The translations under genes and the position numbers were made by a program. 64,000 nt of DNA from the human T2T-CHM13v2.0 reference genome, Homo sapiens. Shown here one piece after another: positions 41,067 to 55,080 of the stretch (within the stretch, counting starts at the first letter, position 1; every line of letters starts with the position of its first letter). Below the pieces are notes generated by a model that did not search any database, had not been told where the DNA came from, and saw nothing but the letters and a program-made list of their open reading frames with translations. The stretch lies in NCBI RefSeq assembly GCF_009914755.1, contig NC_060947.1; one strand, given 5' to 3'.

Positions 41067-41375
41067 ATCTCTCTATCTTATGTATGTATGTATGTATGTA
41101 TCTACCTATCATCTGTCTATCTGTCCTATCTGTCTATCTATCTATCTACCTGCCTAACATCTATCTGTTCATCCTATCTGTTCCATCTATCTATCTATCC
41201 ATCCTATCTATCTATCATCTATCTCTATCATCTATCCTATTATCTACCTATCTTCTATTTATCTATCATCTATCTTACCTATCTACCTATCTTCTATTTA
41301 TCAATCATCTATCTTATCCACCTATCTTCTGTTTATTTATCTTCTATTTATCCTCTATCTTATCTATCTTCTACA
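40800..41375. repeat. Long compound (TCTA)n/(GATA)n tetranucleotide tract inside an L2
   Basis: Degenerate ctat/ctac/tatg arrays; L2 3' end resumes at 41376-41480 (ccatgagagcagg...agtgcctagcacatagtag). Confidence 0.92.
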
Positions 41376-41594
41376 TTAAATATGAATCCATGAGAGCAGG
41401 ACTTTGTTTTATGTTCTCAGTGGCTAGAATAGTGCCTAGCACATAGTAGACATTCAAAAATGTTTGTTGTAGAGTGGATGACTTTTATTGGTCTGCCCAG
41501 CATGGAGTCCTGGAATTATCATGAATTCAGAAAGAAAATAACATAAAACTGTTAATCCTCTGTGCTCCAGGTTTCTATCATAATGTATAGATCC

Positions 41595-41951
41595 TGCTAT
41601 GGTCTGAATGTGTGTGTCCTTCCAAAATTCCTGTGTTGAAACCCTCATCCCCAGGGTGATGGTATTAGGAGGTGGGGCTTTGGGAGGTAATGAGGTCATG
41701 AGGGAGGAGCCTCATGAATGGGATTAGTGCCCTTATAAAAGGACTCCAGAGAGCTCCCTCACCCCTTCCACCATGTGAGGACACAGAGAGAAGGAGTTGT
41801 CTATGAACCAGGAAGCGAGTTCTCACCAGACAGTGAATCTGCCATGCCCTGATCATGGACTTCCAGCCTCCAGAACTGTGAAAAATACATTTCTGTTGTT
41901 TATAAGCCTCCCAGTTTATGGCATTTTGTTATAGCAGCCTGAACAAACTAG
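41595..41951 (+). mobile_element. MLT1A0-like MaLR solo LTR
   Basis: tgctatggtctgaatg...ctcatgaatgggattagtgcccttataaaa...ttccagcctccagaactgtg...atagcagcctgaac. Confidence 0.92.
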
Positions 41952-44208
41952 CTTTTTCATACTTTTCATCTTTTCTCTTATAGCAAAATTGAGTTCATGC
42001 ATTGTTGAGAATAATATAGTATCAAGTACCAATCTTGTAAGACATCTCATTCTTACCAACCTGTTTTTATCATTGCTTTTGAAACCAAGCATTGATAATT
42101 ATCAGATGTCAAATAGTTAATACACTTACATAATATTTGTCATATAAGTATTATAGAAATAATTAATATTTTCTAGATTTTTTCCTATCAAGAAAGAAGA
42201 GGAAAGTTAGAAATAACATATTTTTGTCCACACAATGACTATATAGAATCATAACATGAAATAAGTTTGCCTCTTGAAATATACCACTTTGCAAAGAAAG
42301 GCAGGGTCTTATCCGTTCACCATAGTCATTGAAAAACTGTAAGAGGAAAATAAAAGCATCTTAAATTCTTAGGGCAACAAAATTGATCAGAACTAAGAAA
42401 AGATGATTGAGTTGCTTTAGATTTGCATATTCAATCAGCAAGATCATTTTTAATCTTATAAAAGGGTATTTTACAGTAACATCAATCGTTGAACATATAT
42501 ACTCAGAAATGCATACAATTAAGAAAAAAATCAAACAAACCCAGACATGGCAGAAAGACATAAACATATTGACTGAAGAAAGGCTGGGAGTCAGAGAAAC
42601 ATTTCCGAAGTTGCCAAGTCTTTGAAGTGATAATATTTCAAGGAGGCAAAACTGAAAAGTTGTCTGTTATAAGTGTTTTTTCTTCTTGTCTAAGCATGTA
42701 CATGGCTTGTACTTTTACCAAACAAGAAATGCTAGAAACCGTAAGGCAAGAATACACATGATTTTAGACAGGGCCACTGGACTGAGTCATTAGAGGGCAT
42801 TGGTCTGCAAAACCAGATACAATGTAGACTCAGTCATTGCCTAAATTGCATTGGAAAATATGCATATGGGTTCCTAACATTAAATCCTTTAAGTAGATAT
42901 TTCTTTTTCTTTCCCTTCCTGGCAGATAGGAATGACACCCAAGGAGTTTTGACACAGGTTATCACTCCTTACATAAAACGATGATCTATATCAATAAAGC
43001 AAGAATAAACATTTACATCTATCCATCTGTAAGGTATGAACATTGGTCTTCAAACTCAGGAAGGCGGAGGCTGGAAGAAGCAATCCAATTACTGTCCACA
43101 TTTCCATGTATCTGTTGTCATTCCTGAATATGCACAACTAAAATAATTACAGTAGCATTATTTTTCCTTCCACATATACTTTGTTATTGTTTCTCTTTAA
43201 TATCTCCAAAAGTACCTACTCAGTAACCACAGCCATATGCCCTACATACAGGAGAACACCTTGGACATGTCACATCAAAAGCCACAAGAGAAAATGCTGT
43301 TTTTTTCAACTAAAGGATTATAAATACCTGGAGGATTACCTGGATGATCTAATTAGCATTGTCTGGTCATAATCTCATGATCAATGCAAACTGACTGCAT
43401 TTGAATGCCAATGTTTTCATTTCAAAATGCTAACATTTAGAATATAGTCGAACCAAACGTTGCTTAACATCCTTTGCTAGCTGTTTCTTTTGAATTTCAT
43501 TTTTTGCTTGTTTCAGTGACAATGCTGAAATTAGATGGTGTAAGAAAAAGAAACTTAATTGCTATTATAATTTGAACAGTTTTCGAAACGTTTGGTGCTG
43601 TATTTTTGAAAGAGGATTTTATCTCATTGAACTAGACGGTCAAGACACAATTTATTCTTTGGAAACAAATCCTGTAATCTCTGCCCAGCTGGGCTCAATT
43701 GTCCACTGGAAGGATCTTGTCGAAATCTGTGTCCTGTAAGATAATTGGTTCAGCCACAGCAATGGCCAGTCTCCATGAAACTGGGTAGGAAAAACATCCT
43801 GTGAAATGGAGTTTTCTGTGGGAAACAAAGTCAACGCCATGTGCTCTCCAAGAGGCAAAATGCAGGCAGAGGAAGAGGAGATGAATCAAAAATAAAAAAG
43901 GAAGATTATAAGAAAAATCATAAAGCCACATGCTGCTAGATCTTCTTCTTTTTCCCCCTCACTTTCCTGGGGCCATACGATATGCTTTTCTTAAGACAAG
44001 TATAAATAAATCCATGGTGCTGAAAGAAAGAGCCTGAAAACAGAGATGATTACTATCTATTTTTTTTTTTTACAGTGTCTCCCTTCTAAACTTGCTGCTG
44101 TTACACCAGAGCATGGTGTACCCTCTACCCTCCCTAAACGAGGTACATGATAAGAGTCATTATTTGATAGAGTCGATTTTGGATATGTTTACACCATTCC
44201 ATCAACAA

Positions 44209-44277
44209 TTTTATGCTGAATCATATGAAATTGCCAATATTCACCCATGACAGTTTTGTATATTGTTCAACACAATA
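44209..44277. mobile_element. MADE2-like mariner MITE
   Basis: Imperfect inverted repeats tgctgaatcatatgaaattgcca...gacagttttgtatattgttcaaca. Confidence 0.55.
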
Positions 44278-44539
44278 TATCTCTACAAGTTAGTTGCATT
44301 AATTCCGAGGAATAAATGACTATTCTTAAAAAATGAACTAGGGGACTCAGGGCACCTGTGTTTGCTTAGCGCCATGGCTTAGTCATACTTAAGGTTCCTT
44401 TTCCCTTGTGGTATGCATCATAAATTTCTTCTGTATCTCCTCTACTTCTGTACAGGGAGGATTATAATTATACCCAAGCCTTTGGAAGTAGTAGATGTGT
44501 TCAGGTGACTACCTCACTATTCGCAATGAAACATGAATG

Positions 44540-44772
44540 GAAGTGATGTGTTTTGCATGTGCTGGAGTATTTAATCACCTTTACTGGACTCTCTGGCCAT
44601 CTCCTCCCATGATGCCTTATGTTGAGACGATGACCTTCTATAAGGGCAGAGCAGGTCTCTCTGCCAACCACATTGGATGCCAGCTTAAGCAAGAAATAAA
44701 TCTTTGTTGTTTTAAGCCAATGAAATTTTTGAGTGGTTAGATACTATAATCAACCCAGTTTATTCTCACTAA
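44540..44772 (+). mobile_element. Old MLT1 LTR 3' fragment
   Basis: gcaagaaataaatctttgttgttttaagcca.tgaaatt. Confidence 0.5.
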
Positions 44773-46357
44773 AAAAAGATCTCTGGGGGAAAAATATGAT
44801 GTCAGGCAATACTCAATAATGCTTGCTGTTGATGATAAGAGTAGAGTCAACATTTGGCAACTTAAAATTTAGAGGGCGTGAATGGCCTTTCCAAAACCTC
44901 TGGCCCCAGGAATTCCCACTCACTAGAAATCCTGTTTAGAAATATCTTTTCTGGGGAGGTTATCAAAACTCCTGACATTATGAGTTCTGAAGTAGTTAAA
45001 CCCTTCCCTGCTTAACATTTGGTTAGGATAAATTTCATTAAGTCAAACCCGGTAGGGTAGGGTGAAAGTCTTTGGAATAGTGCACAGTCTTGGTTTTGTC
45101 TTAGCAATAGGGAAGTGTAGAAACATCTTGAGCATTAATAAACCCTCCTAATATCACTAGCAATTAATAATAAATGGCACTCAGAAGTGACAATCCAAAG
45201 TCAATATATGGAAATGGCATCTTTTTGGAGTGAAGCTATTTTGACAGGCTAAATTCCAATAATATTAAACACAGCTGTCACTTCAGCATATGTGGTGATG
45301 ACTCAGTTAGGTAAAATTAGGATCATGACCACCGGGAAAAATTAAAAGACAGACATGACAGAAAGAGGAAAGACTGGATTTCAGTAGAAAAAGAAGAAAA
45401 TGTGCATTTATGCAGAGCATTTAATCTAATGTTTTTTTTTCTCCCCAAGGGGAGAAAAAAGTCCTTTCAAGCACTGTATTTATAGGTACAATTATAAATG
45501 TAGCCTAATCCTCTTTTCAATTTTAAGAAACCTAGTAGACCAAGTCTCTGACAACAAACACAATAGAAATAAGCCCACGCTACACAGTTTTGGGTAAGAT
45601 AAAACCTTTTTGCACAAGACATCCAGAAATGAACAACATAAGCTTTGCTCCTATTTCTAGCTACTCTTTTTAAGCAAGCTGTGGATTTCGCAATCAACTT
45701 TTGCTCAAGTCTCTGTTTTGTGATAATAAAGCCCATTGACAGCATTTGTTTTGCAGCTCTGTGTTGTCCCAACCTAATTTGAAATTAAAATAATTGTTAT
45801 TAAAATGGAACAAAAGAAAAAAAATGGCATGAGATGAATTAGAATTGTTTAGTATGGACAATGAACCTGGCTTTCATTTTCAGGAAATATGATTTTGCAC
45901 AAAGAAAATTATTTGCTTCTTGAAAGAGAAATAATAGTTGGAAATGCTTGAGTTATTCATATCACGTTTACACAGAAAAATTTCGGTCATTTAAAATTTT
46001 TGTTCATGGAAATGAAATAATTCCATAACCTAGGAGAGAGAGACAGCCTATATAATACTTTAAAGAAAGTCAATGTTATGATGCAGGCAGAATTTGTCTT
46101 CTCTATCATCCCCCTTCATTTTGCTCCCCAGTGGCTGTGCCTTAGGTTCTGTCCCTAAATAGCTCAGGGGTTCTCAAAAGCCATGTTTTCATGCCCTGGA
46201 ATCTTCCCTTTACTTTGCTTCATTCACAGGTCCCACTGGGGCCTTGTCTCTACTAGGATGGAGATTAGAAATTCCTACTCTAACAAATACTCACTCTGCT
46301 GATGTTAGGGTACTAAGGCCTCTCCCCAGTAGAGTTTGCCAGGAGTCAGATTTCTGA

Positions 46358-46661
<304 letters not shown>

Positions 46662-48179
46662 TCAGAGTTTTCAGAGTTAATACAAACTCTACCTTGTCAT
46701 AAGGAACTCTAGCGCCGCTGGGAGAGTGATATCTCTGGAGAGTGATATTCCACCTGACTTCTTCCCTGGGCTTGAAAGGGGACTTTTGTGAGCAGGGGAG
46801 CAGTGAAAAAATCCTCAAGAAAGGTGTCTTCCTTGACTTAAAGGAATTTCTCTGGGGGCTTGGGCCCTGCTCTGTGTCACCCTAAAGGTAGGAGAGGAAT
46901 CAGGAGATAAGGAATTAGAGGAAGACTGGGGTACAAGGGCCATGGCCAATAGCATATTCTTTGGAGTGTTGCTTTTGCATTCCAGCCAGTGTGGGTGGGT
47001 ACCACATGAGGCCAGTCTAGGAGGCAGAGCCCTGACACCTTGCAAACAGGTATGCAAAATGCCTGCACCTTTAGCGCTCTGAAGCTGTCTTGTGTTGCAT
47101 GCACGTGATCTGCTCATGCTTAGAAGTAATTATTAAGTGCTTTTACTTAGCCAATGTGGGCACAGCATATTAACTCCAACTCACTTCAAGGCAAAGTTTA
47201 TTATAATCACCTACCTCCTCCATCTTGCTTAGTTTACTTAAAATACCACGTGTTTGTTGGTCGGCTTCACAAGACAAGCTCTCTTTCCGAAGTCCTAGCA
47301 GTCAGCTCTCTAAATGTCTCATGCTCCCCCTTCCTCCTTGGTTTCTATAAAGGAGAATGCTGCTTCTTTTTATAGAAGTAATTTCCCTGAGAATCTGATA
47401 AAGGTCTAGCATGATTCTGCAAAATAGCGCAGTAACAACATTATTATCACCTGGTGTTTTTTTTTTCAGATATACATTAATCAGTACATTAAGCAGTTGG
47501 AATTTAACCTTAATAAAGACAAAATATAAAGTCTATTTGAGATCATAGACTTTGAGGTCAAATGTATTTTGATAGCTGTGAACATGCTTGAAATCTGAAG
47601 TGACTTAAGTTGTGGCTGGTTTCAAAAGCTCTTGTAACATTAGCAAACCCTAACCCTGGAATCTGTCTTTAAACTCACACATCAGTCCTCAGGGCCTGAG
47701 GTGTGTGTCTACATGGAATAATGCCAATATGACTTCATTCCGAGGGAAATGGCTGACCCACCTTTTCTTGTCAGTAGTCCCTTAATAGGAAGGACAGAAC
47801 AAAATCAGCCTGGTTACATAGGACCCTGAAATTCACATTTGTAATTATGCAAATTCATCTATTGTTGACAGAAAATGCAACATATTGATTGTTGCTGTTG
47901 AACTTTGCATTTGAATACTTGCAAACGCTTTCAACTAATTGATTTGCGTATCCTATAATCTGACATCAGAGAGTAACTCAAGTACAAATTGCCCCACTTC
48001 TCAAGAAAAGTGCACTGCTATATAATTGAAGCCATTTCAGGTCTTTTGCAAACCTATTATGAAGTACTGAGTTTTAGTCTACTTTTATTTATTGCTGGGA
48101 CCAGCTGTTCTCTTTAAGTGCCTCTCTGTGACCCCGACATGAAAAAGGTTGATTTGCAAGAACAAAATGTATACATACC

Positions 48180-48183
<4 letters not shown>

Positions 48184-48230
<47 letters not shown>
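48184..48230. repeat. (GT)23 microsatellite
   Basis: Direct reading. Confidence 0.95.
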
Positions 48231-48231
<1 letters not shown>

Positions 48232-48368
48232 TGGGGATGAACATTGGCTACTCTCTTTAATGAGAATGGAAGCTAAGCTTTAGATGCAGTTTTACGGGTC
48301 CCTAGAATTGATCAAAAGCATCCATAGGGAGTGAAGGGGACTGAACCAGTGACAGTGCCCTTCCTATG

Positions 48369-49003
48369 TGTTATGGGCTGAATTGTGTCACCCCCCAACC
48401 CTCACCACCGACTAATATTTATATGTTGAAGCCCTAACTCTCAGGACCTCAGAATGTGACCTTATTTGGAGATAGGGTCTTTAAAGAGGTAATTGAATTA
48501 AAATGAGGTCATTAGGGCGGGCCCTGATCCAATAGGACTGGTGTTTTTATAAGAGGAGATGAGGACACAAACACACACACAGGAACGATCCTGTGAGGTC
48601 ACAGGAGGACACGGCATCTACAAGCCAAGGAGAGAGGACTCAGGGAGAACCAGCCCTGCCCACACGTTGATCTCAAACTTCCAGCTTCCAGGACTGTGAG
48701 AGAATAAATCTCTTTGGTTTATAAGCCACCAGTCTATGGTATTCTGTTACAGCAGCCTGAAATGGACTTAGACATCTCACAAGAAGAGATGAGGACACAG
48801 ACACACACACAAGAATGACCCTGTGAGGACACAGGGAGGAGATGGCATCTACAAGGCAAGGAGAGAGGCCTCAGGGGGAACCAGCCCTGCCCACAACTTG
48901 ATGTCCAACTTCCAGCCTCCAGGACTGTGAGAGAATACATTTCTGTTGTTTAAGCCGCCCAGTCTGTGGTCCTTTGTTATAATAGCAAGAGCAAACTAAT
49001 ACA
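48369..49003 (+). mobile_element. MLT1B-like LTR with tandemly duplicated 3' half
   Basis: tgttatgggctgaattgtgtc...; 48551-48774 repeated at 48781-49003; TSD ctatg/ctata. Confidence 0.88.
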
Positions 49004-49164
49004 CTATAAAAGGACCCTGTGTTGGGGGCAGGGGTTGACAAGGGAGAAGAGTGTGTTTGGGTGTAGCTGTCTTTCAAAGACAGGTCAAGAGACCTAACTC
49101 ACACCTGCCCTTGTTGGCACAAGGACGTGGACTATAGGTAATTACAAAATGATACCCTCAGGCA

Positions 49165-49761
49165 TGGCAGTACATAGTATTATGGTTGCCCAGAGATTTC
49201 CATGCCCCAGTCTCCAGAACCTGTGCAGTTATTACATCCCACAGCCAAAGGGACTTTGCAAATGTGATTAAATTTGCAGGCTTTAAAATAGGGAGATCAT
49301 CCTGGTTTATCTGAATGAGCCCAGTTTAATCACTCAATCCCTTTAACGTCTAAGAAGAGTCTGTTTGAGAGATGCAGCGGAAGAAAAGAAAGAAACGTGT
49401 GCATCATTGCTGGTTCTGAGACGTAGCTGGCTACTTGCGTGCAAGGTCTTAAAAGATGACTCTAGGAGCAGAGGGCAGTCCCCACTAACAGCCAGAAAGA
49501 CTAACAGGGACCTTAGTCCTACTGCAATGAACCAGATTGTGCCAACAACCCTAATAAGCCTGGAATGGATTTTTCCCAGAGCCCCCACATAAGAGCCCAG
49601 CCCAGCTGACACCTTGATTTCACCATTGTGAGACTTTCAGTAGAGAACTTCATGGAGCCACCAGGAATTCTGACCTACAGAATGGAAAATGAATAAATGG
49701 GTATTGTTTTAACTTGCTGAACTGTGAAATTTTGTTACAGCAGCAATAGAAAACTAATACA
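49165..49761 (+). mobile_element. MLT1D/E-like MaLR LTR
   Basis: caaagggactttgcaaatgtgattaa...ctgacaccttgattt...acagcagcaatagaaaactaataca. Confidence 0.82.
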
Positions 49762-49817
49762 AGTGTATTTTACCACTGTTTTGGGTCTCTACCTGATAAC
49801 CTCAAATGATTTTGACC

Positions 49818-49963
49818 CTGACTCTACAAAGTATGGTCTGTGGACCAGCAGCCTAGGCATCACCTGGGAGCTGGTTAGAAATGCAGATGCTCACATCCCA
49901 CCCTAGACCTCTTGCATCAGAATCTGCATTTGGATAAGATGCCCAGGTAATTGGTGTGCACAC
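49818..49963. mobile_element. MER5A DNA transposon fragment
   Basis: gtggaccagcagc...catcacctgggagctggttagaaatgcaga...atcagaatctgcattt. Confidence 0.85.
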
Positions 49964-50064
49964 CCAACAACTACCTCTATTCATTCAGAGATCCAAGCAG
50001 GATGAGGTACTATGTTTTTTATTTAGCAACATCATGAGAGGTTTGCAAAATTATTTAGATAAAA

Positions 50065-50980
50065 TAAAGAAGATATACAAATGGCCAACAAATATGTGAA
50101 AAAATGTTCAACATCACTAATCATCAGGGGAATGCAAATCATAGTCACAATGAGGTACTAGCTCACTCCAGTTAGGACGGCTATTATCAAAAGGACAAAA
50201 ATCAGCAAATGCTGGTGAGGATGTGCAGAAAAAGGAACGTTTATACACAGAGAGAATGTAAATTAGTATTGCCATTATGGAAAACAGAATGGAGGTTCCT
50301 CAAAAAACCACAAACAGAACTATTATATGATCCAGGAATCCCACTACTGGGTATTTGTCCAAATAGAAGGAAAGGAAATCAGTATATGGAAGAGACATCT
50401 ACACCCCTGTGTTTATTAGCTGTTCACAATAGCCAACAGCAGATGAAGGGATAAATAAAATGCACTATATGCACACAACAGAGTACTATTCAGCCATAAA
50501 AACAATGAAATCTTGTCATGAGCACCTCCATGGGTGGAATTGGAGCACATTATCTTAAGTGAAATAACTCTGAAACAGAAAGTTAACTACTTCATGTTCT
50601 CACTCATATGTGAAAGCTAAAAAAGATACCGATCTCATAGACTTGAAAAGTACAACAGAGGATACTAGATGCCGGGAAGGGAAGGGGGAAGGGAAGGATA
50701 GGGAGAGATTTGTTGAATGATACAAAATTAGAGCTAGATAAGAGGAATAGTTTCTAGTGTTCTCTATCTGTATAGGATGACTGTAGTTAACAATAATATA
50801 TTGTTGTTTCAAATAGCTGGAAGGAGGATGCTAAATGTTCCCAAGACAAAGAAATGATCAATATTTGAAATGATGGATGTGCTAATCACCCTGATCTGAT
50901 TAGTATACATGTCTCAAAACATTACTATGTACTCCATTAATATGTATGATTATTATGTATCAATTAAAAAATTAAAACTT
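50065..50980 (+). mobile_element. L1MA-type ORF2 end plus 3' UTR
   Basis: caaatggccaaca...aaatgttcaacatcactaatcatcaggg...atccaggaatcccactactggg...caattaaaaaattaaaa. Confidence 0.88.
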
Positions 50981-51552
50981 TTTTTGGATAAATCTCTTAG
51001 CTGTACCACAGAGTATATAATTTTTCATAATCTTTATCCATTTGAAACTTTTAAAATATATGCCATTTTCATGATCTGTTTTGTCGATGGTAAAGATTCT
51101 GTTAATGAGATACTGACAGGGAAATTCCTGGGAGCCAAAGTGACTTTAACTGGAATCTTGGCATTTTCCATTCCAAACTCTTTTCTCTGTTAATACTAAT
51201 CCAGGCAGGGCAGGCCAGCCACTGTTCTGGAGAAGTTAGACCAAGATCAGAAGCTAGGGAGTATTAGAAATTTATAAAACTGCCTTAAAATCCTCTTTCA
51301 TCCTGCAAACCTCTCCTCTTCTCGAAGTCTCTAACGCTATACCTTCTGTCAGCTGCTAGCGTCTATGATCCTCTGAATCCAGCCATTCCTTCCTCTCTTA
51401 TTTTGCCAATGCTTTAAGCCTTGACTGATACACTTCCCTTTGACAACTGCTCCAGGGAATTTGTGGGCCAGTTAATAGCTAATCCTCCATTTCTCTAATC
51501 TGGGTTCTCTCATCCTCATAAAACTCTTTATGATGCATTCCCACCCAGATCC

Positions 51553-51885
51553 TTGTTTTTTGTTTGTTTGTTTGTTTGTTTTTTGTTTTTTCTTTTTGAG
51601 ACAGAGTCTCGCTCTGTCACCGAGGCTGGAGTGCAGTGGTGTGATCTCGGCTCACTGCAACCTCAGCTACCTGGGTTCTAGCAATTCTCCTGCCTCAGCT
51701 TCCTGAGTACCTGGGACTACAGTACAGGTGCATGCTACTGTGCCTGGCTACTTTTTTATATTTTAGTAGAGACGGGGTTTCACCCTGTTGCCCAGGCTGG
51801 TCTCGAACTCCTGAGCTCAGGCAATCCACCCACCTCAGCCGCCCAAAGTGCTAGGATTACAGGCGTGAGCCATCGCGTCCCAGCC
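51553..51885 (-). mobile_element. Alu (AluS-like) with (TTTG)n tail
   Basis: Full dimeric Alu. Confidence 0.93.
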
Positions 51886-52539
51886 TCTTAGCCCTATTTT
51901 TATCCTACACAAGGTAATATCAGCATGAATATCTCCACACTTACATTTTATTTTTGTTTCCATTCATTAGCATGCTAAGTAGGCAGTTTACCTATCAACT
52001 AGTTGTTCAAGCACCTTGATTATAAAAGATTAAGCAGAAATACTGCCATGGTCTGGCTTCTCAAGAGATAACATATTCCTAATTACAAGTTCCTAGAGTC
52101 AAACTCAGATAGATATCTGAAAAAAAGCAGATTGACTGCAGCTCAAAGAGTAAGTCTGGTGACTAATCCAGGTGGATTTGGGAGTCACTGACTGAACAAA
52201 AACTGCCTCTAATAGCTTGAGGATATTCATTTGATATGAAATTATCATATGACTTTAGTGCAAACTGCCTGCTGATTTTTTTTTTTACAGTAAACCTATT
52301 GAGTGCTGCTTAAATCTTCACATCTAAAAAAATAGCTATCAGGAGTTATTAAACTCCTACTATGATGAAGACAGCCATGCTGTGGTGCAGTTCGTGTTCT
52401 GTGTATGATGATTTAAATACATAAACAAGTACACAGGATGTAGTTTGTTGAAAACTACAATGGATGCATTTAATAAAGACTATTACTGAAATATGTGCTT
52501 TTCAGTGGTCACGGATGGAAGGCACAGTCACTGGGGAAA

Positions 52540-53105
52540 GGTAAATTATACCAAAATCAAAAATACAAATATGCGTAACTTCTGTTCATCAATACACACC
52601 ATTAAAGAAGTGATGCAGCCAATTAGAGAGTTGGAAGAAGTGCAACATATGTCCAATGAAAGACTGACTGACTGAATATATGAAGAACTCCCATAAGTCA
52701 ATATAAAAATTGTAGAAAACCCAATAGAAAGATGGGATGGAATAGGCCCTTTAAAAAGTGACTAGAAAACCAATGAACATATTCAAAGCTTCTCAAACCT
52801 ATCAGCAATCAGAGATATGCAAATTGAAACAACCATGTGATGCCACTACACAACCTTCAGAATTTGCTAAAATGAAGAAGGCAAACATCAAATCTTGATG
52901 AAGATGTGGAATGATTGGAAATTTCATACATGTTGGGTGAAAATACAAATTGGTCATTTTGGAGAACTGTTGGGCAGTATTTAAGTATTGTAGAATGTAT
53001 TCATATTTTATGGGCCAACATTTCCAATCCTAAAAATCTGTGCATTTGTTCAGCATCAGCATGGAAAACAGTGTTTTTGGCAGCATTATTTATAATCATC
53101 TCAAG
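52540..53105 (+). mobile_element. Ancient L1ME ORF2 3' fragment
   Basis: aacttctgttcatcaa...cccaatagaaagatggg...atcagagatatgcaaattgaaacaac. Confidence 0.65.
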
Positions 53106-53664
53106 TAGGACTCATGCCCTAACCACCATAAAAGTTGAGCCATCTCTTTCAGCCATAGACTGAATAAGAAAACACTGAAGAAGTCTTGAATTCAAAAAAG
53201 TTCTTTGGACTAGATATTGAAGCATGAATTGAATTTCATCCCTGATTTGGTCTGAGTTTTGCTTCTGCTCAAGTTAGCATGGTGCACATTTCTTTACCTT
53301 AACATGCCTCCAAGCACCCTGCATTTACCTGTGTTTCTGGCCATTCATTGATGTGTTTCGTGGTGCTCACCCAGTGCCCAGCACAGAATACATGCCTATG
53401 GAACTTCACACGTACTTATCAGCCAGCAAGAAACAAGTACATAAAATGATTTCTCAGACAGTGGAAGCATTTCCTGGTATTATTTTTTTCCTGTGGGGTT
53501 TACTCAAAGAGTCGTTTCAAAATGTTTAAAGGAGATTTTATTACAAGAGAGAGCATCTGTTATGTGATGTCTCTAACAACTTATGTCGGCTAACTGGATT
53601 TGGTTACTGAGAAAAGATGAATGGATTTTGAGAATGAGCCTTGAAGTTATTTCATCTCCTATTA

Positions 53665-54012
<348 letters not shown>

Positions 54013-54364
54013 CTAACTTGTGGTAAGAGACACTCCAGATAGTGAAGTCCTTGTCTGTTGTCTCTGACTTTTATTTACTTCTATGAGGACCAGGGGAGGA
54101 CCCTCATCTCTGAAAACTTCTGTTATGTCCCACAGTCTGGTGAGAAAACCAGCCCTCTGAAGAGGAGGGGATGATACTGATCATTGTTTATTTAATAGTA
54201 ATGCTGTAATATTAATAATAGAAAACCTTGAACTGTCTCCTCTGGAGATGTGTAATTCATAACCCTGGCATAAAATTGTCATTTTAAAAAAGAATCTTGG
54301 CATGAAATCTTTGAGTTTAATTGGAGGGTATTATCACAAACAAGGGGAATGATAATATACGCCT

Positions 54365-55080
54365 TGTAACTGACTGAGCCCTTATCCTTGAACTTCTAAG
54401 TCTCTTCACCCATCCTCTTCCGTGATATGATAGGTAGAGTCCATTGTCTTCCATCCTTGAAAATGTATTTCAAGAGGTCACATGAAAGGGAAAACTCTTT
54501 GTTATTCTCTTTTTCTACTCTGAATAGAAAGCACACACAAGCTTAACCTGGAGCCCAGGAAGGCCGAGAGAAGCCTGTTTCTTTGGTTTGTTTCTGGGCT
54601 TCTTGCGTTGGCATGTGACCCAGGGCATACAAATAAATCCTTGTGATTCAGTTACTTCACGTGCATAAAGAAAAAACTGCAATAAATATTCTGAATCCAT
54701 TTTGGATGTTTTACCGCAAACAGCATTCAAACCCACAACTCCCCTTCCCCTTCTGTCACCACAGCCAGGTAAGTAATAAGAATGCCTGGAGGTTGAGGGA
54801 GTGAAACTATGCAAGCCACAGCCTGTGTTCAAGAAGGCTCCCTGCAACCTCACACCTTAACCACCATGAAAGCTGAGTCATCTCCTTTCTCTGTGACTGA
54901 AGCCATCTTTGTACTAGCTTGGGAGTCTTCCTTGCTCTTCCCAGAAAGCCCCACTGTGTCATAAGCCTTCTCATACATTCTTTATGCATGTAATGTCATC
55001 AGTCTTGACCTCTAAAGCAAAGTTTGGATGTGTGCGTGTTTGGAGGGAGGGGTCCATCCCACCTCTGTGGAATGACTACA
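54365..55080 (+). mobile_element. ERVL LTR (MER54/MER74-group-like)
   Basis: tgtaac...; 3' end gggtccatcccacctctgtggaatgactaca; family call from memory. Confidence 0.45.

Noticed and set aside
40834-41446. 107-120 aa Y/L/S/I-rich ORFs resembling membrane proteins
   Set aside because: Translation of the (TCTA)n tract.
46705-46750. Possible CTCF site and 17-bp direct repeat ggagagtgatat
   Set aside because: Spacing does not fit the CTCF core and the repeat is too short to interpret.
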